From Candidatus Poriferihabitaceae bacterium (lineage in GTDB: Bacteria; Pseudomonadota; Gammaproteobacteria; Arenicellales; Poriferihabitantaceae), in contig OZ245364.1 of the NCBI GenBank assembly GCA_965226545.1, positions 1,067,890-1,131,889 of the forward strand: a stretch of DNA of 64,000 bases, in the 5' to 3' direction. A model generated the notes under the pieces. It made no database searches. It saw nothing but the letters and a program-made list of their open reading frames with translations, and had not been told where the DNA came from. The first letter of the stretch is position 1. The number at the start of each line of letters is the position of its first letter. The translations under genes were made by a program, and so were the position numbers. Positions 57,910 through 64,000 of this stretch are shown here, one piece after another.

Positions 57910-59304
57910 ATGCCCAAACAAACTTTATACGACAAACTCTGGCAACAACACGTTGTCGACGACGCCGACGACGGCACGACGTTAATCTATATCGACCGTC
58001 ATCTGGTGCACGAAGTCACTTCGCCGCAGGCGTTCGAAGGGTTGCACTTGGCAAAGCGCACGCCGTGGCGCACCGACAGCGTGTTGGCGGTGCCCGACCA
58101 CAACATCCCGACGACATCCGACAGCGGTGCGATTGACGACCCGGTGTCGCGGTTGCAGGTGCGCACGCTCGCGCAAAACTGCACGCATTTCGGCATCACC
58201 GAATTCGGCATGGGCGATCCGCGTCAGGGCATTGTGCATGTCATCGGGCCGGAGCAGGGGTTGACCTTGCCCGGCATGACGATTGTGTGCGGCGATTCGC
58301 ACACTTCGACGCACGGCGCATTCGGTGCGCTTGCATTCGGCATCGGCACTTCGGAGGTCGAACACGTGTTGGCGACGCAATGTTTAATCCAACGCAAATC
58401 CAAAAACATGCGCATCGTGTTGCGCGGTCAACCGCGCGCGCATGTATCGGCGAAAGATTTGGCGTTGGCGCTTATCGGCGAAATCGGCACCGCCGGCGGC
58501 ACCGGGTATGCGATTGAGTTTGCCGGCGAGGCGGTCGAATCGCTGTCGATGGAAGGGCGGATGACGCTGTGCAATATGGCAATCGAAGCCGGTGCGCGCG
58601 CCGGCATGATTGCGGTTGACCAAACGACAATCGATTATTTAAAAGACCGTCCGTATGCACCGCAAGGCAAGTTGTGGCAATCGGCGGTGGCGCATTGGCG
58701 TCAATTCACCAGCGACGCCGACGCCGTATTCGACCGTGAAGTTGACATCGATGCGTCCGCCGTCGCCCCGCAAGTTACTTGGGGCACTTCGCCGGAGATG
58801 GTCACCGACATCGACGGCAGCATCCCCGACCCGGCCGCGCAATCCGACCCGGGCAAACGCGAGAGTATGCAACTTGCGCTCGATTATATGGGGTTGCGCC
58901 CCGGCACCAAGATGCGCGATATCCCGTTGGATTTAATTTTCATTGGTTCATGCACCAACAGCCGCATCGAGGATTTACGCATCGTCGCCGAGGTTGTTAA
59001 AGGCAAACGCGTTTCCGCCGACATTAAACAAGCGTTGGTTGTGCCCGGCTCCGGGTTGGTAAAACGTCAAGCCGAAAACGAAGGCTTGCATCAAGTGTTC
59101 ATCGACGCCGGTTTCGAATGGCGCAACCCGGGTTGCTCGATGTGTTTGGCGATGAACGCCGACCGATTAAAGCCCGGCGAACGATGCGCATCGACTTCGA
59201 ATCGAAACTTCGAAGGTCGACAAGGTCAAGGCGGGCGCACGCATTTGGTCTCGCCGGCCATCGCCGCCGCCACCGCCATCGCCGGCCGTTTCGCCGCAAT
59301 CTAA
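57910..59304 (+). CDS. leuC: 3-isopropylmalate dehydratase large subunit
   Basis: [16 protein letters not shown] opening with aconitase-family Cys ligand contexts ([26 protein letters not shown]). Confidence 0.96.
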   Translation: MPKQTLYDKLWQQHVVDDADDGTTLIYIDRHLVHEVTSPQAFEGLHLAKRTPWRTDSVLAVPDHNIPTTSDSGAIDDPVSRLQVRTLAQNCTHFGITEFGMGDPRQGIVHVIGPEQGLTLPGMTIVCGDSHTSTHGAFGALAFGIGTSEVEHVLATQCLIQRKSKNMRIVLRGQPRAHVSAKDLALALIGEIGTAGGTGYAIEFAGEAVESLSMEGRMTLCNMAIEAGARAGMIAVDQTTIDYLKDRPYAPQGKLWQSAVAHWRQFTSDADAVFDREVDIDASAVAPQVTWGTSPEMVTDIDGSIPDPAAQSDPGKRESMQLALDYMGLRPGTKMRDIPLDLIFIGSCTNSRIEDLRIVAEVVKGKRVSADIKQALVVPGSGLVKRQAENEGLHQVFIDAGFEWRNPGCSMCLAMNADRLKPGERCASTSNRNFEGRQGQGGRTHLVSPAIAAATAIAGRFAAI

Positions 59305-59945
59305 TGGACGCCTTCACTCGTTTGGATGCGCTGGTCGCCCCGCTCGACCGCGCCAATGTCGACACCGACGCGATTATCCCCAAGCAATATTTAAAATCCA
59401 TCAAGCGCACCGGCTTCGGCGCCAATTTATTCGATGAATGGCGCTATCTCGACCCCGGCGAACCCGGCGGCGACCACGCCAGCCGCCGCATCAACCCGGA
59501 TTTTGTGCTCAATCAAAAACGCTACACCGGCGCACAATTATTACTCGCCCGCAAAAATTTCGGCTGCGGCTCATCCCGCGAACACGCCCCCTGGGCGCTG
59601 CTCGGCTACGGCTTCCGCTGCCTAATCGCCCCAAGTTTCGCCGACATTTTTTACAACAACTGTTTCCAAAACGGCATCCTGCCGATTGTCACGGACGAAA
59701 AAACCGTCGACACCCTATTCACCGAAGTCGAACAAACCCCCGGCTATCGCCTGCAGATAGACCTCGCCGCCCAATGCATCACCAAACCCGACGGCGAAAA
59801 AATCCCCTTCGACATCGATGCGGCGCGTAAGAAAGCGTTGCTGGAGGGGTTGGATGATATTGCCGCGACACTGGCGCGGGCGGGGTTGATTCGGGCGTAT
59901 GAGGAGCGGCGGAGGGGGGAGGTGCCTTGGTTGTTTGGGGCATAA
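59304..59945 (+). CDS. leuD: 3-isopropylmalate dehydratase small subunit
   Basis: The ATG overlaps the leuC stop (TAATG). Motifs [13 protein letters not shown] and [13 protein letters not shown]. Confidence 0.95.
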   Translation: MDAFTRLDALVAPLDRANVDTDAIIPKQYLKSIKRTGFGANLFDEWRYLDPGEPGGDHASRRINPDFVLNQKRYTGAQLLLARKNFGCGSSREHAPWALLGYGFRCLIAPSFADIFYNNCFQNGILPIVTDEKTVDTLFTEVEQTPGYRLQIDLAAQCITKPDGEKIPFDIDAARKKALLEGLDDIAATLARAGLIRAYEERRRGEVPWLFGA

Positions 59946-59988
59946 TGCTGTTTTGCGGTAAAAATCTCACAATCCAACGGGGGTTGAA

Positions 59989-62433
59989 ATGAACATGAAA
60001 GAATTGGGCATGAAGTTGCTTCGCGCCGAGTCGGAGGCGGAAGTGGCGGCGATTGTCGATGTTGACCCGGTAATGTCCGACGCGTCAAACTGGCGCGCAG
60101 TTGACGACCGTGACACCAACTTCAACATCGTCAAGAATCAATCGTCTACCGGCGGCAAAGCGGCCACCGAGTTAATCACCAATATGGTGGATGCGGTGCT
60201 GATGAAGCGGTGTTTGGAGGAAGGGATTGACCCAAAAGGTCAAGACGCCCCGGCAACGATGTATAAAGCGGTTGACGCTTTTATACAAAACTTAAATGGC
60301 GGGCGAATTATTGACGCCGATGATGATTGGTTGCTGAGCTATGCTCGGGAAAATCTAATAATCGGTGTAACCGCCGTTAACACCCGCGTCAAGCCTTGCT
60401 ATACATTTGCCGACAACGGCGAAGGACAACACCCGGACGATTTTCCGAGTACGTTTCTGTCGCTCAGCAAGAAAAACAAAAGTCAAATTCCTTTTGTGCA
60501 GGGGAAGTACAACATGGGTTCTTCAGGCGTGTTGGGTTTCTGCGGCACAAGGTGGTTCAAACTCATAGTGTCTCGACGTTTTGACAAAAGCGGCGGTTGG
60601 GGCTGGACGCTTGTTAAAAAACATTCGGGTGACGCCGACCAAGACGTGTACGCCGAGTATTTTGCGCCACAAGGCAAAATCCCGACGCTGGGAGACCTTC
60701 AGATTCTTTTGCCGTTCCAGACAAAAGGCGGAAAAGAGTTCAATCAATTTAGTCTTGATGCCGGCACCGTGGTAAAAGTCTATGACTTTTATGTTGGGAA
60801 AGATTTTAAAGGATTCTATGGTTCGCGCGAGGCGTTTAACGAAAACCTTGTGGAAACCATATTGCCTTTCAGAATCTACGATTTTCGATGGCCCGCCAGT
60901 GCCAACCGCAGTGGTTTGCGCGCGCTGGGGGTTGACGAGCGGACGTTCTACGGCATGGAGTTTTTATTGCGTAGAGCGCACAGTGACGTTAATGCAGTTG
61001 CTGATGATTTGGATGGTCACGATACGGTGGAAGCCGATTCAAAGAGTGCTTTGCACGTCGCGACGATTGAAGCCCCCAATCTTGGGAGAATTGTTCTTTC
61101 CGCCATCCCGATTAAAAAACCAAAAGTTTCAAAAAAGAAAACTTGGTTTCAAAGGTCTAAAAACCGGGTATTTCACCATGTTAATGGGCAGGTGCATTTT
61201 AAGCGCCCGCGCGGGTTTTTGACCCAATGCGGACTTCAGGCACTGAAAGACCGTGTGGTAATTTTTGTTGACGCCAGTGCTTTGAAGGACGTCGCGCGCC
61301 AAGATATATGGAAAAGCGACCGTGAACAAATCTTCGATAGCCCCACAGGCGAGGAGTATAAAAGCGAAGTTCAGAAGGCAATAAGCGAATCTCCCGTGCT
61401 GAAAGAGTTAAATCATCGCGTTGCGCGCGAGGAACTGGCAACAGTGGTGGAAGACATTTCGCGCGACGTGGTTGGCGCGCTTATAAAGCGAGACCCCAAT
61501 TTGGCACTCTTGCTGGATGAGAGTTACCCGCAGGTGCAAGTGCCTGGAGACGGTGTGCCCAATCCGCAACCCCCCGTGAACTTTTCGCATCAATACAGTC
61601 CTAGTTTTATAAAATTTGCCACGCGCAAATTGGACATTGAACTGCCAATTAACCGAAAGCGTCCGATTCCGTGCATAACAGACGTGAATCGGGATTACTT
61701 TATCCGTGCATCCAATCAAGGGCATTTGCATTTCGAAAAAGACGAAACGGCTGACATGTTTTCGTTTCGCGCAAACTTCGATGAAATTGGGAATTTGGTC
61801 GTGTTTGTTACCCCGAATGCGCAACAACTGCGCGTTGGCGATGTACACGAATTTAAGATTGGGTTATATGACGACGCAATGCCGGAGCCTGTTTATACAG
61901 ATGTTGCGATTCGCATTACGGTTGTAAAAAAGCAGCCGCCTCGCCCACCTCCGCCTCCCGTGCCTGTACCGGACCCAAAGCCAAAGGTAACATCCAAGGG
62001 GTTACCTCGGGTCAGGTTGCTTACGAAAAAAGGGCGCAAAGTGCTTGACAAAGACACTGTGCGCTGGGATGACCCTCTTGTCAGTGAACTTGCTTTTACC
62101 GAGCAAGACGGCGGTTTCGTCCAAGATTTGGGTGAGGGGAAAATTTACAACATTAACTGTGATAATCAGTGGTTCATAAACTACCTGGGACACCAAAAAA
62201 GGGCTGACCAGAAAAGTGCGGCTACGCACAAATACATCCTGGGGATGCAAATTATGATGCTGGGGTTAGAAATCGCCTTGGCGAAAGAGCAGCCCGAAGA
62301 AGATGATGCATTCGATACAGACAAATTCCGCCGTTTAGCATCGAAAGGCGTTGCGGCGGCTATAATGTCCCTGTGCCAGTTGCCGGAGAGTTTTGATTCG
62401 AGCGGCGATGCGGGCGATGCAGATGATGAGTGA
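59989..62433 (+). CDS. GHKL-superfamily (HATPase_c_3-like) ATPase, 814 aa, first gene of an m5C methyltransferase/Vsr operon
   Basis: Bergerat-fold motifs appear in the right order: N-box ATELITNMVDA (ExxxNxxD), G1 box FADNGEGQ (DxGxG) and G2 box GKYNMGSSGVLGF. I found no nuclease motif. There is a proline-rich linker PPRPPPPPVPVPDPKPK. G+C is markedly lower than in leuCD. Confidence 0.7.
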   Translation: MNMKELGMKLLRAESEAEVAAIVDVDPVMSDASNWRAVDDRDTNFNIVKNQSSTGGKAATELITNMVDAVLMKRCLEEGIDPKGQDAPATMYKAVDAFIQNLNGGRIIDADDDWLLSYARENLIIGVTAVNTRVKPCYTFADNGEGQHPDDFPSTFLSLSKKNKSQIPFVQGKYNMGSSGVLGFCGTRWFKLIVSRRFDKSGGWGWTLVKKHSGDADQDVYAEYFAPQGKIPTLGDLQILLPFQTKGGKEFNQFSLDAGTVVKVYDFYVGKDFKGFYGSREAFNENLVETILPFRIYDFRWPASANRSGLRALGVDERTFYGMEFLLRRAHSDVNAVADDLDGHDTVEADSKSALHVATIEAPNLGRIVLSAIPIKKPKVSKKKTWFQRSKNRVFHHVNGQVHFKRPRGFLTQCGLQALKDRVVIFVDASALKDVARQDIWKSDREQIFDSPTGEEYKSEVQKAISESPVLKELNHRVAREELATVVEDISRDVVGALIKRDPNLALLLDESYPQVQVPGDGVPNPQPPVNFSHQYSPSFIKFATRKLDIELPINRKRPIPCITDVNRDYFIRASNQGHLHFEKDETADMFSFRANFDEIGNLVVFVTPNAQQLRVGDVHEFKIGLYDDAMPEPVYTDVAIRITVVKKQPPRPPPPPVPVPDPKPKVTSKGLPRVRLLTKKGRKVLDKDTVRWDDPLVSELAFTEQDGGFVQDLGEGKIYNINCDNQWFINYLGHQKRADQKSAATHKYILGMQIMMLGLEIALAKEQPEEDDAFDTDKFRRLASKGVAAAIMSLCQLPESFDSSGDAGDADDE

Positions 62434-63532
62434 CAAAAACGCCAATCCACTCAAAGCCGTCGATTTTTTCTGCGGCGGCGGCGGCATGTCGCTTGGCATG
62501 CGCAAAGCCCGCGTGGAAATTATCGCGGGCATCGACAACGACCCTAAGTGTCGTGAAACCTACGAAGCCAACCACCCGGCGTCCAAGTTTATTAACAAGG
62601 ACATAAAGGAGTTTGGGCCGCGACAACTTGGGCGGGAAATTAAAATCGCCAGAAACGACGACAACATGATTTTCATCGGTTGTTCGCCGTGCCAGTATTG
62701 GAGCGTTATCACCGGCAAAGACGGTTCGCACCGCAAGCAATCGGCGCATGACAGCCGCAACTTACTGCAATATTTTTTGCGCTTTGTAGACCACTATCGC
62801 CCGGGATTCGTGCTGATAGAAAATGTCCGCGGCATTGAGCGTCGCCCGGAGGAAAGTGGTCTTGCCGAGTTGACCAATTTTTTGGACAAAGCGAATTATC
62901 GCCACAAATCAGAACTGTTGTTGACCAATGATTACGGCGTGCCGCAATCACGCCGGCGGTTTATTCTGGTCGCTTCGCGCGTGCTTGATTCCGTTTCATT
63001 GCCGCCGCCGCAAAGGAAACATCCGGCAACTGTGCGCGAATTCATCGGCGATGGACGACTGCCGAAAATTAAGGCGGGCGAATGCGATGCGAAGGACAAA
63101 CTGCATAAATCTTCTTCGCTTAGCGCAACCAACATCGAGCGATTGGAATTGACGCCGATGGGCGGGTTGCGCGGGCATTGGCATGAGCGCAACGACCTGC
63201 AGATTGACGCTTATCGAAACAAAACGGCGGAATTTTTTCGCGAGAACTATGGGCGCATGGCGTGGGATGAACCTGCGCCGACCATCACCACCAAATTTTT
63301 CGCGCTCGGTTGCGGGCGTTTCGGGCATCCCGACCAAAACCGCGCAATTTCACTTCGCGAAGGTGCGATGTTGCAAACCTTTCCCAAGAGTTACAAATTT
63401 AAAACGTCAGGCTTCGGTAATACTGCGCGAATTATCGGCAATGCAGTTCCGCCTGAGTTCGCCAAGGCGATTGGCAAGTCAATCGTAAAGCAATGGCGGA
63501 TGTCTTCGACCGGCAAACGCGCTCGCGCATAA
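62423..63532 (+). CDS. dcm: DNA (cytosine-5)-methyltransferase
   Basis: All hallmark motifs are present: I DFFCGGGGMSLG, IV GCSPCQYWS, VI LIENVRG, VIII VPQSRRRFILVA, X IGNAVPPEF. The ATG overlaps the end of the upstream gene by 8-11 nt. Confidence 0.95.
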   Translation: MMSDKNANPLKAVDFFCGGGGMSLGMRKARVEIIAGIDNDPKCRETYEANHPASKFINKDIKEFGPRQLGREIKIARNDDNMIFIGCSPCQYWSVITGKDGSHRKQSAHDSRNLLQYFLRFVDHYRPGFVLIENVRGIERRPEESGLAELTNFLDKANYRHKSELLLTNDYGVPQSRRRFILVASRVLDSVSLPPPQRKHPATVREFIGDGRLPKIKAGECDAKDKLHKSSSLSATNIERLELTPMGGLRGHWHERNDLQIDAYRNKTAEFFRENYGRMAWDEPAPTITTKFFALGCGRFGHPDQNRAISLREGAMLQTFPKSYKFKTSGFGNTARIIGNAVPPEFAKAIGKSIVKQWRMSSTGKRARA

Positions 63533-63915
63533 TGTCGCGCGTTCGCGCGCGCGGCAACCTGTCGACCGAGCGGCGCTTTGCCGACATTTTGCGCAAGCAA
63601 AAGATAATCGGCTGGCGGCGCGGTTATGCGTTGCCGGGCAAACCGGATTTTGTTTTTCCCGCCGCGCGCGTGGCGGTGTTTGTGGACGGATGCTTTTGGC
63701 ACGGTTGCCCGGTGCACGGGCAAATTCCGGTGAACAACAGGGGATTTTGGAAAAACAAAATCAACGGCACCGTCGCCCGCGACCTCCGCATCACCCGCAA
63801 ACTGCGCACACTCGGCTGGCATGTCTTTCGCATTTGGGAACACGACATCAACAAGCCGACGTTGAATCGCAAGATTGGCAGGATACGGCGGATTGTGGAA
63901 CAATCGAATTATTGA
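63493..63915 (+). CDS. vsr: Very-short-patch repair endonuclease
   Basis: Motifs RSRIMSRVRARGNLSTE, LPGKPDFVFPAARVAVFVDGCFWHGCP and NNRGFWKNKI. Overlaps the dcm end by 40 nt. Confidence 0.93.
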   Translation: MADVFDRQTRSRIMSRVRARGNLSTERRFADILRKQKIIGWRRGYALPGKPDFVFPAARVAVFVDGCFWHGCPVHGQIPVNNRGFWKNKINGTVARDLRITRKLRTLGWHVFRIWEHDINKPTLNRKIGRIRRIVEQSNY

Positions 63916-64000
63916 CTGTTTGACCGCAACTATATGTTGCGCGTGTATCGACGGAATGCTTGGATGGCTTGGTAGATTAATGAACCTTCCAAGACGCGAA

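Overview
This is a 64-kb chromosomal window from a roughly 60% G+C proteobacterium. Gene orders such as hflK-hflC-DUF2065-purA, pcm-yqaA-nlpD and waaG-waaP suggest a gammaproteobacterium; that is inference. All family names come from my own motif recognition and no database search was run. The supplied ORF track uses alternative start codons, for example TTG at 43676 and 8692 and GTG at 26148, so many N-termini are uncertain. I trimmed starts where an ATG with a ribosome-binding site and a family-typical N-terminus was visible. The window begins inside a 23S rRNA gene (its 3' ~1.16 kb), followed by 5S rRNA and a terminator. The rest is mostly housekeeping or metabolic:
- a TctC/TctA tricarboxylate-type uptake cluster with RraA-like, PrpF-like and 2-hydroxyacid dehydrogenase genes;
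- a class III nucleotide cyclase;
- a large periplasmic formate dehydrogenase supercluster (TAT-target peptide, alpha, beta, lipoprotein, gamma, TorD-like chaperone, poly-ferredoxin, DUF3306, DUF3305, fdhD);
- LPS-core genes (kinases, waaP, waaG);
- glnA, a TrpD paralog, MFS transporters, hflKC, purA, gabD, an ABC exporter, miaA, pcm, nlpD, a D-cysteine desulfhydrase-like gene, trpD, aroC, a TMADH-family flavoprotein with a TAT-exported binding protein, and leuCD.

Several small, visibly lower-GC accessory insertions sit in this backbone:
1. An 825-bp two-gene cassette lies exactly at the 3' end of fdhA, with a relic of the original gene end left behind.
2. A translationally coupled GHKL-ATPase / Dcm / Vsr operon lies directly after leuD. 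It looks like a restriction-modification-like module with no recognisable nuclease.
3. A Panacea (DUF4065) gene is coupled to a small 2-TM gene, a candidate toxin-antitoxin pair.
4. A DUF3800 gene is divergent from a 198-aa orphan.
5. A mini-HNH gene is divergent from a 4-TM orphan.

At a different scale, nearly all intergenic spacers consist of spacer-specific short-period degenerate tandem repeats (6, 7, 9, 12 or 14 nt). These repeats also extend into the ends of some genes. No CRISPR array, IS element, integrase or tRNA was seen.
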